Below are positions 28,520-38,470 of a stretch of 64,000 nucleotides of DNA, piece after piece. The position numbers and the translations under genes were made by a program. Origin of the DNA: Burkholderiales bacterium (GTDB taxonomy: Bacteria > Pseudomonadota > Gammaproteobacteria > Burkholderiales > SG8-39); contig DASQGW010000153.1 of NCBI GenBank assembly GCA_035632415.1, positions 4,821 through 68,820 on the forward strand, given 5' to 3'. Below the pieces are notes generated by a model, which ran no database searches, was not told the DNA's origin, and saw only the letters and a program-made list of their open reading frames with translations. Numbering within the stretch: the stretch's first letter is position 1; each line of letters starts with the position of its first letter.

Positions 28520-29523
28520 AGGAAACCGGGGTCTGGGTCCTCGCGTGGCGGCGCTTCAAGCGCGACCGCCTCGGGGTCGCATCGCTCGTCGTAGTGGTCG
28601 TCTACGCCGCGGTCATGCTCGCGGCCGCGGGAGGGCTCATCGTGCGCGACTGGGGCGACGAAGCTGGCGTGAGCTTCGCGCCGCCGACCTTCCTCGGCCC
28701 GGAGGCCGAGTCGCCGCAGCTTGCGCAAATGGCCGATGGCGCGCAGCCGATCGCGGACTATGGCATCCCGGACCCGCTCGCGCCGGACCTCGCCGCAATC
28801 GCGAAGACTCTGGCCGGGAGCGCATCGGGCAACGAGGCAAGGGCATTGACGCTGCCGCTCGGCGGCGACAAATGGGGTCGCGATGTGCTGAAGAAGGCGG
28901 TGAAGGGCACGCAGACTTCGCTCTTCATCGGACTCGCCGCGGCCGCGCTCGCGGCTTTCATCGGCACGCTCTTCGGTGCACTGGCCGGCTATCGCGGCGG
29001 CAAGGTCGACGATTTGTTCAACTGGCTCTACAGCGTCTTCACGTCGATCCCTTACCTGCTGCTCGTGCTTTCGATCGCCGCGGTGGTGAACAGCAAGGGC
29101 GTCGTGCCCGTGATCCTGATCCTCGGGCTCACCGGCTGGACGGGCATCTTCCGGCTGATCCGCGCGGAGTACATGAAGCACAAGGTGCGCGAGTACGTCA
29201 TGGCGGCCGATGCCATCGGGGCGAGCAACGCGCGCCGCATGTTCGTGCACATCCTGCCGAACGTCAGCCACGTGGTGCTGGTCCAGCTATCGCTCCATGT
29301 GGTGCTGTTCATCAAGTCGGAAGTCATCCTCACGTTCCTCGGCTTCGGGGTCGGTGTCGACACCGTCTCCTGGGGCAGCATGCTTGCCGAGGCCGGGAGC
29401 GAGCTGCTGCTGGGCAAGTGGTGGCAGCTGACGACGGCCACCGTCTTCATGGCACTGCTCGTCACGGCATTCAGCCTCCTCACCGACGCCATGCGCGACG
29501 CGCTGGACCCGAGGCTGAAATGA
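28516..29523 (+). CDS. ABC transporter permease (YejE/DppC-like)
   Basis: In-frame ATG at 28516 (ATGA overlap with the previous gene) within track ORF 28255..29523. Polytopic; conserved GALAGYRGGKVD and ILPNV motifs. Confidence 0.85.
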   Translation: MKETGVWVLAWRRFKRDRLGVASLVVVVVYAAVMLAAAGGLIVRDWGDEAGVSFAPPTFLGPEAESPQLAQMADGAQPIADYGIPDPLAPDLAAIAKTLAGSASGNEARALTLPLGGDKWGRDVLKKAVKGTQTSLFIGLAAAALAAFIGTLFGALAGYRGGKVDDLFNWLYSVFTSIPYLLLVLSIAAVVNSKGVVPVILILGLTGWTGIFRLIRAEYMKHKVREYVMAADAIGASNARRMFVHILPNVSHVVLVQLSLHVVLFIKSEVILTFLGFGVGVDTVSWGSMLAEAGSELLLGKWWQLTTATVFMALLVTAFSLLTDAMRDALDPRLK

Positions 29524-31208
29524 ACCTTCTCGAAATCCGCGATCTTTCGATCCGCTTCCGGCTGGACGAGGCCACGACCGTCGACGCGGTGAAGGGCATC
29601 AGCTTCGACGTGCCGGTGCGCAGCTCGGTGGCGCTCGTCGGCGAGTCGGGCAGCGGGAAATCCGTCACCGCGCTCTCGGTGATGGGATTGCTGCCGAAGG
29701 AGAACTCGAGCGTGGGCTCGGCGAGCCGCATCCTCTACCGGGACAAGGACCTGCTCAAGGCGAGGCCCGGCGAGTTGCAGAAGCTGCGCGGCGCCGAGAT
29801 CTCGATGATCTTCCAGGAGCCGATGAGCTCGCTCAATCCGGTCTTCAGCGTCGGCTTCCAGATCGGCGAGGTGCTGCGCAAGCACCTGGGGCTCACGGGC
29901 CGCGCCGTGCGCGACCGGACCATCGAGCTGCTCCAGGAAGTGGGCATTACCGAGCCCGAGCGCCGGCTCGATGTCTATCCGTTCCAGCTTTCCGGCGGCC
30001 AGCAGCAGCGCGTGATGATCGCCATGGCGATCGCCTGCGAGCCGAAGCTCCTCATCGCGGACGAGCCGACCACCGCGCTCGACGTGACGGTGCAGCGCCA
30101 GATCATGGACCTGATCGCCGGCCTGCAGGAGCGCCATGAGATGGCGATGCTCTTCATCACGCACGACCTCGCGCTCGTCTCCGAGATCGCCGACCACGTC
30201 GTCGTGATGCGCGATGGCGAAGTGCGCGAGCAGGCGCCGGCCTCGCAGCTCTTCCGCGACCCGCGCGATGCCTATACGAAAGCGCTGCTCGCCTGCCGGC
30301 CGCCGCGGGACCGACGGCCGAAGCGGCTCCCCGTCATCGACGACTTCATGGGGGATGCGCCAAGAGGCGACACCGGAGAGCGGCGCCGCGGCTTGAGCGG
30401 CAGCGAGCCGACGCTCCTTGAAGCAAAGGGCCTCGCCAAGAGCTTCTACTTCCGCGAGGGGTGGCTTAAGCAGCGCGAGCTGAAGGCCGTGAAGAGCGCA
30501 TCCTTCAAGATCGCCAAGGGCAAGACGCTCGGCGTGGTGGGGGAGTCCGGCTCGGGCAAGACCACCGTCGCGCTGCTCGTCGCAAGGCTGCATCAGGCGA
30601 CCGGCGGGGAAGTGCGCTTCGAGGGCCGTGACCTGCTGAAGGTCGAGCCGAAGGCGGCGATGCCCTACAAGCGGCGCATCCAGATCGTGTTTCAGAACCC
30701 TTACGCCTCGCTCAATCCGCGCTTCACGGTCGGCCAGATCCTCGCCGAACCGATGCTGATCCACGGCATCGGGGCCGACGACGCCGAACGACACTCGCTC
30801 GCAGCCGAGCTCCTCAAGAAAGTCGGCCTGCCGCCGCTGTCGCTCGAGAAGTATCCCCACGAGTTCTCCGGCGGCCAGCGCCAGCGGATCGCCATCGCGC
30901 GGGCCTTGACCCTCAAGCCGGAGCTCCTGATCTGCGATGAATCCGTCTCGGCGCTCGATGTCTCGGTGCAGGCGCAGTTATTGAACCTCCTGCAGGATTT
31001 GCAGGACGAATACGCCATGAGCTACCTCTTCATCTCGCACGACCTGGCGGTGGTGCGGTACATGGCGGACGAAGTCATGGTCATGAAAGACGGCGAAGTG
31101 GTCGAGATCGCCGGCCCCGACGAGCTGTACGCCAACCCGCAGCACCCCTACACCCGCCTCCTGCTGTCGTCGATTCCCGGCCGGGCGAAAGGGGGGGCGC
31201 ATGCTTGA
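29520..31208 (+). CDS. ABC transporter ATP-binding protein, duplicated ATPase (YejF-like)
   Basis: In-frame ATG at 29520 within track ORF 28545..31208. Two Walker A motifs (GESGSGKS, GESGSGKT) and two signature motifs (LSGGQQQRV, FSGGQRQRI). Confidence 0.9.
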   Translation: MNLLEIRDLSIRFRLDEATTVDAVKGISFDVPVRSSVALVGESGSGKSVTALSVMGLLPKENSSVGSASRILYRDKDLLKARPGELQKLRGAEISMIFQEPMSSLNPVFSVGFQIGEVLRKHLGLTGRAVRDRTIELLQEVGITEPERRLDVYPFQLSGGQQQRVMIAMAIACEPKLLIADEPTTALDVTVQRQIMDLIAGLQERHEMAMLFITHDLALVSEIADHVVVMRDGEVREQAPASQLFRDPRDAYTKALLACRPPRDRRPKRLPVIDDFMGDAPRGDTGERRRGLSGSEPTLLEAKGLAKSFYFREGWLKQRELKAVKSASFKIAKGKTLGVVGESGSGKTTVALLVARLHQATGGEVRFEGRDLLKVEPKAAMPYKRRIQIVFQNPYASLNPRFTVGQILAEPMLIHGIGADDAERHSLAAELLKKVGLPPLSLEKYPHEFSGGQRQRIAIARALTLKPELLICDESVSALDVSVQAQLLNLLQDLQDEYAMSYLFISHDLAVVRYMADEVMVMKDGEVVEIAGPDELYANPQHPYTRLLLSSIPGRAKGGAHA

Positions 31209-31569
31209 CCATAGCCTCGACACCGCGCACGGCATCGTCCACCTGCGACCGAAGGGCGCGCTGGAAAAAGAGGACTTCGCCCGTCTGGCGAAGACCGTCG
31301 ATCCCTACCTCGAGAAGCAGGGCGAGCTCGCGGGCATCATCATCGACGCGCCCAGGTTCCCGGGCTGGGACAGCCTGGGCGCCATGGCCGCGCACATCCG
31401 GTTCGTCCGCGAGCATCACAAGCGCGTCAAGAAGATCGCCGTGGTGACCGATGCGAAGGTGGGTGACCTGGCCGAGAAGTTCGCCTCGCACTTCGTTGCC
31501 GCGACCGTGAGGCATTTCCCCGCCGGGCAGACGCAGGCGGCTGAAGAATGGATCGTGGGGAAGAGCTGA
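31201..31569 (+). CDS. STAS/SpoIIAA-like domain protein
   Basis: Track ORF, 122 aa; resemblance to small STAS-fold (DUF3478-type) proteins; 8-nt overlap with the ATPase gene. Assignment by recollection only. Confidence 0.55.
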   Translation: MLDHSLDTAHGIVHLRPKGALEKEDFARLAKTVDPYLEKQGELAGIIIDAPRFPGWDSLGAMAAHIRFVREHHKRVKKIAVVTDAKVGDLAEKFASHFVAATVRHFPAGQTQAAEEWIVGKS

Positions 31570-31578
31570 TTGTCGAGA

Positions 31579-32076
31579 ATGGCCAAGATTCAGGACATTG
31601 CCATTTGCCTGTGGTTCGACAACCAGGCGGAAGAGGCGGCGAAGTTCTATACCGGTATCTTCAAGCGATCGAAGATCATCGCGATCGCGCGCTATAGCAA
31701 GGCCGGATTTGCAATTCATCGTCGGCCGGAAGGCTCGGTGATGACAGTGGAGTTTGAGCTCCAAGGCCAGCGCTTCACGGCACTGAATGGCGGGCCGCTC
31801 TTCAAGTTCAACGAAGCGGTCTCCCTGCAGATCTATTGCAAGGACCAGAAGGAGATTGACTACTACTGGAAGCGGCTAGGCGAGGGCGGCGATCCGCGGG
31901 CGCAGCAATGCGGCTGGCTCAAAGACAAGTTCGGGCTCTCCTGGCAGGTGGTGCCGGAGGGCATGCAGAAGCTGCTGAAGGATCACAAGTCGCCGAAAGC
32001 GCAGCGCGCCATGGCGGCCGTCATGCGGATGAAGAAGCTCGACGTCGCGGCGCTGAAACGTGCCTACGACGGTTAA
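31579..32076 (+). CDS. VOC/PhnB-like (3-demethylubiquinone-9 3-methyltransferase domain) protein
   Basis: I use the ATG at 31579 (MAKIQDIAICLWFDNQAEEAAKFY), which matches the typical family N-terminus. CGWLKDKFGLSWQVVP motif. The track ORF begins at TTG 31570. Confidence 0.75.
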   Translation: MAKIQDIAICLWFDNQAEEAAKFYTGIFKRSKIIAIARYSKAGFAIHRRPEGSVMTVEFELQGQRFTALNGGPLFKFNEAVSLQIYCKDQKEIDYYWKRLGEGGDPRAQQCGWLKDKFGLSWQVVPEGMQKLLKDHKSPKAQRAMAAVMRMKKLDVAALKRAYDG

Positions 32077-33557
32077 CCCGTCTTGCGGGGCTTGCCCTTC
32101 GGCTGCGGCCGCCGCTTCGGCTTCGCGGTGGAGCGCACTTCCATGGTGACGCGCTGGCCCACCACCGCCCCCTTCGGGTTCCACTGTTTCATGTCCTCGA
32201 CGGACACGCGATAGCGCTTGGCGATCGAGGCGAGCGTCTCGCCCGGCTTCACCGTGTGATAGATGCGCCGGTGGGTGATCGGGATCGGCGGCGCGTACAT
32301 GATCGGCAGCTTGCCCATGTCCGCTGCGGCTCGGCTCGATGAGGGCACGACGATCAGGTGCGGCACGCTGCGGGAGCGCGACGGGATGCCATTCACTTCC
32401 TTCAGGTGGCCGACCGTCATGCCGTGCTTGCGGGCGATCGACTCGAGGGTCTCGCCTTTCTTCGGGTAGTAGGGCTTCCACGAGACGAGCGACTGCTCGT
32501 CGAGCTTCTGCAGGTTCTCATGGAAAGTGTCGACCTTGTCGGCCGGCAGCACGATGCGCGGCGTGACCGAGGCGCGGATGAGCGGACGGCTGAACCCGGG
32601 GTTCAGCGCGATGAACTGGTCGACCGACATGTCGGCGAGCTTGGCGGCGAGCTTGACGTCGATATCGCGCAGCTTGGTGTAGGCGACGAAGTACGGCTGG
32701 TTCGGGATCGGATCGAGCACGATGCCGAACGGCCCCGGGTCGTTGATGATGTTCTTCAGCGCCTGCAGCTTCGGCAGGTAGTGGCGCGTCTCGAGCGGCA
32801 TCGTGAGATGCGCGTAGTCGGTCGGCTTGCCTTGCGCCTTGTTCTTGGCGATCGCCCGCGCGACGCCGTTCTCGCCCCAGTTGTAGGAGGCGAGGGCGAG
32901 CTGCCAGTCGCCGTACATGTCGTACAGATATTGGAGGTAGTCGAGCGCGGCGGTAGTCGAGTCGACGATGTCGCGGCGGCCGTCATACCACCAGTTCTGC
33001 TGCAGCTCGAAGCGCCTGCCGGTGCCGGGGATGAATTGCCAGAGACCCGAGGCATGCGCGCGCGAGTAAGCCATCGGGTTGAAGGCGCTCTCCACCACCG
33101 GCAGCAGCGCGATCTCGGTCGGCATGCCGCGTTGCTCGAGCTGGTCGACGATGTGGTACAGGTACATTCGGCTCCGGTCGAAGATGCGTTGCAGATACTC
33201 CGGGCGCGCGGCGTAGTACACCATTTTCTCCCGCACGATGGCGTTATCGATCTCCGGGATCTGGAACCCCTGGCGCACGCGCTGCCAGAGATCCTGCGGC
33301 GGCGTCGTGCGATCGATGAGCGCGATCGGCTCGCGCGGCTGGACCGCCGCGCGTGGGCCCTCGAACGGCGGCAGCGGCGCGGGCGGTTTCGGCGCCGCGG
33401 CCTCAGGTTCAGGCGCAACCGGCTGCGACTCGGGCTTCTCGATCACTGCCTGGTGTGCGGCCTCGCCGCCAGTCGTCGTGGGCTTGCCGGCAGGCGGCGT
33501 AGCGCAGCCGGCGATCAACAACGCGGCGAGGAGGGCGAGCGAGAGCTTCGCGGCCAT
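32073..33557 (-). CDS. mltD: membrane-bound lytic murein transglycosylase D, copy 1 (lipoprotein, LysM repeats)
   Basis: 494 aa; lipobox LLIAGCA; SLT catalytic region LPVVESAFNPMAYSRAHASGLWQFIP; C-terminal LysM-like repeats (YYPKKGETLESIARKHG, HTVKPGETLASIAKRY). Confidence 0.9.
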   Translation of the reverse strand: MAAKLSLALLAALLIAGCATPPAGKPTTTGGEAAHQAVIEKPESQPVAPEPEAAAPKPPAPLPPFEGPRAAVQPREPIALIDRTTPPQDLWQRVRQGFQIPEIDNAIVREKMVYYAARPEYLQRIFDRSRMYLYHIVDQLEQRGMPTEIALLPVVESAFNPMAYSRAHASGLWQFIPGTGRRFELQQNWWYDGRRDIVDSTTAALDYLQYLYDMYGDWQLALASYNWGENGVARAIAKNKAQGKPTDYAHLTMPLETRHYLPKLQALKNIINDPGPFGIVLDPIPNQPYFVAYTKLRDIDVKLAAKLADMSVDQFIALNPGFSRPLIRASVTPRIVLPADKVDTFHENLQKLDEQSLVSWKPYYPKKGETLESIARKHGMTVGHLKEVNGIPSRSRSVPHLIVVPSSSRAAADMGKLPIMYAPPIPITHRRIYHTVKPGETLASIAKRYRVSVEDMKQWNPKGAVVGQRVTMEVRSTAKPKRRPQPKGKPRKTG

Positions 33558-34970
33558 CTAGAGCAGGTTCTTGCGAATGTAGATCTTCTGCCCGATGCGC
33601 AGGGGCTCGCCCACCCGGTTCCAGTGCTCGAGCGCTCCGACGCTGACCTGGTAGCGTCGTGAGATCGACCATAGCGTCTCGCCCTTGCGCACGTGGTGCA
33701 CGATGCCCACCTGGCCGCGCACCGGGATGGGCGGCGCGTACATCACGGGCAGCTTGGCGGCGACGAGCGCCTCGGAGCGCGTCGGCACGACCAGCAGCTT
33801 GGGCAGATGCCATGAGCGCTGCGGGATGCCGTTCACTTTCTTCAGCTCGGCGATCTTGAGGCCGTAGCGCTTGGCGATCTTGCCGAAGGTGTCGCCCTTC
33901 TCCGGGTGGTACACCGTCCACGACACGAGCGAGCGGCCTTTCAGCTTCGCCAGGTTGTCGTAGAAGACCGGCACCTTGTCCGTCGGCAGCACGAGGCGGG
34001 AGGCCTCGGAGGCCCTTATCAGCGGCCGGTTGAAGCCCGGATTCAGGGCGAGGAACTCCTCGACCGGCATCTCGGCGAGCTCGGCGGCAAGCTGCAGGTC
34101 CATCTCGGGCGTCTCGTTGACCTGGACGAAGTAGGGCAGGTTCGGGATCGGATCGAGGTCGATGCCGAAGCTCGCCGGGTCGCGCACGATGTTCTTCAGC
34201 GCCTGCAGCTTCGGCACGTACCAGCGCGTTTCCCTTGGCATGTGCAGGCTCGCATAAGACGTTGGCTTGTGTGCCTTGCGGTTCCTGGCGATCGCGCGCG
34301 CCACCGCGTTCTCGCCGCAGTTGTAGGCAGCGAGCGCGAGCTGCCAGTCGCCATACCTCTCGTGCAGCTGGGTCAGGTAGTCGAGCGCCGCGTTGGTGGA
34401 GTCGACGATGTCGCGACGCTCGTCATACCACCAGTTCTGCTCGAGCTCGAAGCGCTTGCCGGTCGCCGGGATGAATTGCCACAGGCCCGAGGCGTGCGCG
34501 CGGGAATACGCCATCGGGTTGTACGCGCTCTCGACCATCGGCAGGAGCGCGAGCTCGGTGGGCAGGCCGCGCCGCTCGATCTCCGTGACGATGTGATAGA
34601 GGTAGAGCTTGCTGCGGTCGAATACGCGCTGCAGGTACTCCGGGTGCTGCACGTAGTACTGCGTCTGCTTGCGCGCCAGCGGACCTTCGAGCTCCGGCAT
34701 GGCGAAGCCTTTGCGGATGCGTGCCCAGACATCCTGCTTCGGCCGCGTGCCGTCGATCGTGGCGATGGGAGGCCGCGCCGCGATGACCGCTCTTTCGCCG
34801 TCGAACGGGATGCGCTGCTGCGCCTCGCCCTCGACGGCCGGCGCGACCGCTGGCGCTGCAGGTGTCGCCGCTGCCGCAGGCGTCGCTCGCGCGGGCCCGC
34901 TCGCAGGCGGTGTTGCGCAGGCGGGCAGCAACGCGGCGACGCAGCCCGCGATCAGGACGCGCAGTCTCAA
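33558..34970 (-). CDS. mltD: membrane-bound lytic murein transglycosylase D, copy 2 (tandem paralog)
   Basis: In-frame TTG at 34970 (MRLRVLIAGCVAALLPACA lipobox) within track ORF 33558..35837. LPMVESAYNPMAYSRAHASGLWQFIP and LysM repeats. Its TAG is directly followed by the ATG of copy 1. Confidence 0.88.
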   Translation of the reverse strand: MRLRVLIAGCVAALLPACATPPASGPARATPAAAATPAAPAVAPAVEGEAQQRIPFDGERAVIAARPPIATIDGTRPKQDVWARIRKGFAMPELEGPLARKQTQYYVQHPEYLQRVFDRSKLYLYHIVTEIERRGLPTELALLPMVESAYNPMAYSRAHASGLWQFIPATGKRFELEQNWWYDERRDIVDSTNAALDYLTQLHERYGDWQLALAAYNCGENAVARAIARNRKAHKPTSYASLHMPRETRWYVPKLQALKNIVRDPASFGIDLDPIPNLPYFVQVNETPEMDLQLAAELAEMPVEEFLALNPGFNRPLIRASEASRLVLPTDKVPVFYDNLAKLKGRSLVSWTVYHPEKGDTFGKIAKRYGLKIAELKKVNGIPQRSWHLPKLLVVPTRSEALVAAKLPVMYAPPIPVRGQVGIVHHVRKGETLWSISRRYQVSVGALEHWNRVGEPLRIGQKIYIRKNLL

Positions 34971-35749
34971 AACCGGTTCTTCCAGTCCCGGATGGCGGCG
35001 AACACGCCGATGGGATCGGAGATGCGCGGACCGGCGATGCGCGCGCCGAGGTATTTGTTCGCCGACTCGACGACCGCCGGCTCCCGGCAGCGCAGGAAGG
35101 GATTGGTCGCCTTCTCGTCGGCGAGCGTCGAGGGAAGCGTCGGTCTTCCGGCTTCGCGCAGCTTGCGGTCGCGCGCCTCGCGCCGCTCGAGCTCTCGATT
35201 GCCGGGTTCGACGGCCTTGGCGAAGCCGATGTTGGCGAGCGTGTATTCGTGCCCGCAGTACACCTTCGTGTCCTCGGGCAGCGCCGCGAGCTTGGAGAGC
35301 GAAGCGAACATCTGCTCGGCGGTGCCTTCGAACAGGCGTCCGCAGCCGCATGCGAAGAGCGTGTCGCCGCAGAAGAGGGCGCCGGCCCCATAATAGGCAA
35401 TGTGCGCTCGGGTGTGGCCGGGGATGTCGAGCACCGTGAAGGTCACGCCGAGCTCCGGGATGGCGACGCGATCGCCCTCGGCGACCGGCTGGGTAAGGGT
35501 CGGGATCGGCTCGTTCCTCGGACCGAACACCGGCACGCGAAACTTGCCCACCAGCTCGCCAATGCCGCCGACGTGGTCGGGATGGTGATGCGTGGCGAGG
35601 ATCGCGGCGAGCCGCAGCTTCTCGCGCGCGAGGTAGTCGAGCACCGGCGCCGCCTCGCCGGGATCGACCACGGCGGCGTACGTCGCATCGCGCAGCGTCC
35701 AGACATAATTGTCCTTGAACGCTGAAACTGGAACGATACTGACCGGCAT
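34967..35749 (-). CDS. gloB: hydroxyacylglutathione hydrolase (glyoxalase II)
   Basis: I use the ATG at 35749 (MPVSIVPVSAFKDNYVW) within track ORF 34967..35794. Metallo-beta-lactamase motif THHHPDHVGG. Stop overlaps the mltD TTG start. Confidence 0.9.
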   Translation of the reverse strand: MPVSIVPVSAFKDNYVWTLRDATYAAVVDPGEAAPVLDYLAREKLRLAAILATHHHPDHVGGIGELVGKFRVPVFGPRNEPIPTLTQPVAEGDRVAIPELGVTFTVLDIPGHTRAHIAYYGAGALFCGDTLFACGCGRLFEGTAEQMFASLSKLAALPEDTKVYCGHEYTLANIGFAKAVEPGNRELERREARDRKLREAGRPTLPSTLADEKATNPFLRCREPAVVESANKYLGARIAGPRISDPIGVFAAIRDWKNRF

Positions 35750-35760
35750 TTTTCCCATTG

Positions 35761-36528
35761 ATGCGGCACTCTTTCCTGCAAAACGGTGCGCCAAAGTATA
35801 ACGGCGAGCTCTCCTCGCTTTCCGGGTGGTTTTCCACGCCCCAGGGCGCCTACGTCCTTGGCTGGGAGCTCGCCCAGTTTGACAGCGCCGTCGATGATGT
35901 ATTCGGTTTCCGGGCAGTACAGGTCGGCCTACCGGAGGTCGACTTCCTGCGACAGAACCGCATGCCGTTTCGCTTTTCGCTCGCGCTCGAGCCCGGGGCG
36001 GCGATCGCCGCCGACCCGCTGCAGCTGCCGCTTGCCACGCAGAGCGTCGATCTCGTGGCGCTGCCGCACGTGCTGGAGTTCCATCCGAATCCGCACGAAG
36101 TGTTACGCGAAGCCGAACGCGTCCTGATGCCGGAGGGGCAGGTGGTGATTTCCGGCTTCAACACGCTTTCGCTGTGGCGCCTGCGGCAGGCGATGCCGTT
36201 CATGGACAAGCAGGGCGCGCCCTGGGAGGCCCGCTTCATCGGGCTGCTCAGGCTGCGCGACTGGCTGCGCGTGCTCGGCTTCGAGCTGAACGGCGGCGTG
36301 TTCGGCTGCTATGTGCCGCCATTCCAGCAGAAGACCTGGCTCGAACGCTTCTCCTTCATGGACAAGGCCGGGGCGCGCTGGTGGCCGCTCTTCGGCGGCA
36401 TTTATGTCATCCGCGCCGTGAAGCGCGTCCACGGCATGCGGCTCGTGACGCCGGCCTGGCGGCGCGAGCGCGCGCGGCGCCGGGCGCTCGCGCCGGTATC
36501 CCAGCGCTCCCATAAGAACCATGGGTGA
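35761..36528 (+). CDS. class I SAM-dependent methyltransferase (yafS-like position)
   Basis: Track ORF 35758..36528 (TTG at 35758, ATG at 35761). Sits between gloB and rnhA like E. coli yaf[13 protein letters not shown] and [12 protein letters not shown] resemble Methyltransf_11 motifs. Confidence 0.7.
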   Translation: MRHSFLQNGAPKYNGELSSLSGWFSTPQGAYVLGWELAQFDSAVDDVFGFRAVQVGLPEVDFLRQNRMPFRFSLALEPGAAIAADPLQLPLATQSVDLVALPHVLEFHPNPHEVLREAERVLMPEGQVVISGFNTLSLWRLRQAMPFMDKQGAPWEARFIGLLRLRDWLRVLGFELNGGVFGCYVPPFQQKTWLERFSFMDKAGARWWPLFGGIYVIRAVKRVHGMRLVTPAWRRERARRRALAPVSQRSHKNHG

Positions 36529-36985
36529 GGACACCGTGGAGGTCTATACCGACGGCGCCTGCAGCGGCAATCCCGGCCCCGGCGGTTGGGGCGCGGTCCT
36601 GCGCTACAAGGGGAAGGAGAAGGAGCTCTGGGGCGGCGAGGCGGCAACCACGAACAACCGCATGGAGCTGCTGGCCGTCATCCGGGCGCTCGAAGCGCTG
36701 AAGCGCCCAAGCCGGGTCCGCCTATATACAGACTCGCAGTACGTCCAGAAGGGCATCTCTTCCTGGATCCACCAGTGGAAGCGCCGCAACTGGCGCACCG
36801 CGGACAGGAAGGACGTGAGGAACGTCGACCTCTGGCAGGAGCTCGACGGGCTCGCGGCCAGACATGAGGTAGAGTGGCACTGGGTGCGTGGGCATGCCGG
36901 GCATCCGGAAAACGAGCGCGCAGACGCGTTAGCTAACAGGGGAATTCCAAAGAACAATGACGCGCCAGGTAGTGCTGGACACTGA
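36521..36985 (+). CDS. rnhA: ribonuclease HI
   Basis: 154 aa; [35 protein letters not shown] and [11 protein letters not shown] catalytic motifs. Confidence 0.94.
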   Translation: MGEDTVEVYTDGACSGNPGPGGWGAVLRYKGKEKELWGGEAATTNNRMELLAVIRALEALKRPSRVRLYTDSQYVQKGISSWIHQWKRRNWRTADRKDVRNVDLWQELDGLAARHEVEWHWVRGHAGHPENERADALANRGIPKNNDAPGSAGH

Positions 36986-37667
36986 AACGACCGGCCTCAA
37001 CGCCAAGCTCGGCGACCGCATCATCGAAATCGGCTGCACCGAGATCCTCTCCCGCCGGGTCGCGGACCGGCACTTCCATGCTTATCTCAATCCCGAGCGG
37101 GACGTAGACCTCGGCGCGACTCGCGTCCACGGACTGACGCTGGAGGACCTGAGGCAAAAGCCGAAGTTCGCCGACGTGGCGAAGGAGCTGCTCGACTTCG
37201 TCTCCGGAGCCGAGGTCCTGATCCACAACGCCGAGTTCGACCTCGAGTTCCTCGACCTCGAGCTCGGCCGCTGCCGCCTCGGCCGGTTCGCCGACCACGT
37301 CGCCAAGGTGAGCGATACCCTCGCTTTCGCGCGCGAGCTTCATCCCGGCAAGAAGAACACGCTCGACGCGCTGTGCGAGCGGTATTTCGTCAATAACGCG
37401 CGCCGCACCTTGCACGGCGCGCTGCTGGACGCCCAGCTTCTCGCCGAGTGCTACCTCGCCATGACGCGCGGCCAGGAGAGCCTGCTGATGATGGAGCTCG
37501 AGACGCCGGCCCAGGCAGCCGCGGCGGCGGCGCTCATGCAGGTTGACGTCTCCAGCCTGATCGTCTTGCCAGCGCTGCCCGAGGAGAGGGCGCTCCATGA
37601 GCAATACCTCGACGCCATGGAGAAGGAGAGCAAAGGCAAGAGCCTCTGGCGCAAGCTGGCCGCCTAG
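36957..37667 (+). CDS. dnaQ: DNA polymerase III subunit epsilon (proofreading exonuclease)
   Basis: 236 aa; Exo [10 protein letters not shown], Exo [12 protein letters not shown], Exo [17 protein letters not shown]; 29-nt overlap with rnhA. Confidence 0.94.
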   Translation: MTRQVVLDTETTGLNAKLGDRIIEIGCTEILSRRVADRHFHAYLNPERDVDLGATRVHGLTLEDLRQKPKFADVAKELLDFVSGAEVLIHNAEFDLEFLDLELGRCRLGRFADHVAKVSDTLAFARELHPGKKNTLDALCERYFVNNARRTLHGALLDAQLLAECYLAMTRGQESLLMMELETPAQAAAAAALMQVDVSSLIVLPALPEERALHEQYLDAMEKESKGKSLWRKLAA

Positions 37668-38434
37668 TTTGAGTAGCGCGCGTTGCGCGGCATCCACTCG
37701 GCCCCGGCCATTTCCCGCCGGGCCGCAGGCAGCGTGATCTGGTAGTTGATCAGGTACACCGGCGCATCGGCGGCGAATTCCTCGAGGTGCTTCGGCTCGA
37801 CCACGTGCTCGAACACGCGCTCGAGCTTGGGCGAGCGGTTGGCCGTGGATTTCACGAAGAGCTCGAAGGCGTAACGCCCTGGGCGCAGCGTAAGCCCGGG
37901 AGCGTGTCTCTTTTCCGCGAGATCGAAGAGCACGAACTTGGCCAGTGCCCGCTTGCCTTCGAGCGGGAAGGCGGTAAAGGGCTCGACGGCGGTGTCGTCC
38001 AGGCGGCGCTTCGCCTGGATGAAGCGCTGCATGTCGACCTCCGCCACCGGGGAGAGCAGCACCGAGCGCTCGATGTTGCCGTCTATGGTGAGGCGAAGCG
38101 CCACCCACTCGATCACGCCGTCGACCGAGCCCGCGTTGGTGAACTGCAGCGGCAGCAGGAGCTTGACTTCGCGGCCGGCCCGGCTCGGGCGCGGCACGAT
38201 CACGTCGCCGGCGATGACCTCCGGGGCGAACTCGAGGAGGTGCAGGCGCAGGGCGCACATCACGGCGATGGCAAGCGCCCCGAGGGCGAGGCCCGCAACG
38301 ATCCACGCCGGCAGCGGACCGAAATCGGCGAGCGCCATGGCGAGGACCAGCGACAGGACAATGAGCCCCGCGGCATCGCGCGCGGTCCTGCGAAGTACGG
38401 TGGCATTCATGAGCGCCATTCGACCGCCGGGCAT
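37664..38434 (-). CDS. hypothetical membrane protein (two N-terminal TM helices + ~170 aa soluble domain)
   Basis: Track ORF, 256 aa. TM segments GLIVLSLVLAMALADF and WIVAGLALGALAIAVMCAL. The remainder has non-biased composition. No family recognised. Start may be an internal ATG (38419). Confidence 0.55.
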   Translation of the reverse strand: MPGGRMALMNATVLRRTARDAAGLIVLSLVLAMALADFGPLPAWIVAGLALGALAIAVMCALRLHLLEFAPEVIAGDVIVPRPSRAGREVKLLLPLQFTNAGSVDGVIEWVALRLTIDGNIERSVLLSPVAEVDMQRFIQAKRRLDDTAVEPFTAFPLEGKRALAKFVLFDLAEKRHAPGLTLRPGRYAFELFVKSTANRSPKLERVFEHVVEPKHLEEFAADAPVYLINYQITLPAARREMAGAEWMPRNARYSN

Positions 38435-38470
38435 GTGAATCCGCTACCGGCGCAGGGCTATACTTGGCTC

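Noticed and set aside
34971-35837. Upstream extension of track ORF 33558..35837 beyond the mltD copy 2 lipobox, plus the overlapping ORFs 33906..35393, 34423..35400, 34669..35439 and 34862..35725
   Set aside because: The extension runs through gloB in another frame. gloB (THHHPDH motif) and mltD (TTG plus lipobox at 34970) explain the region.
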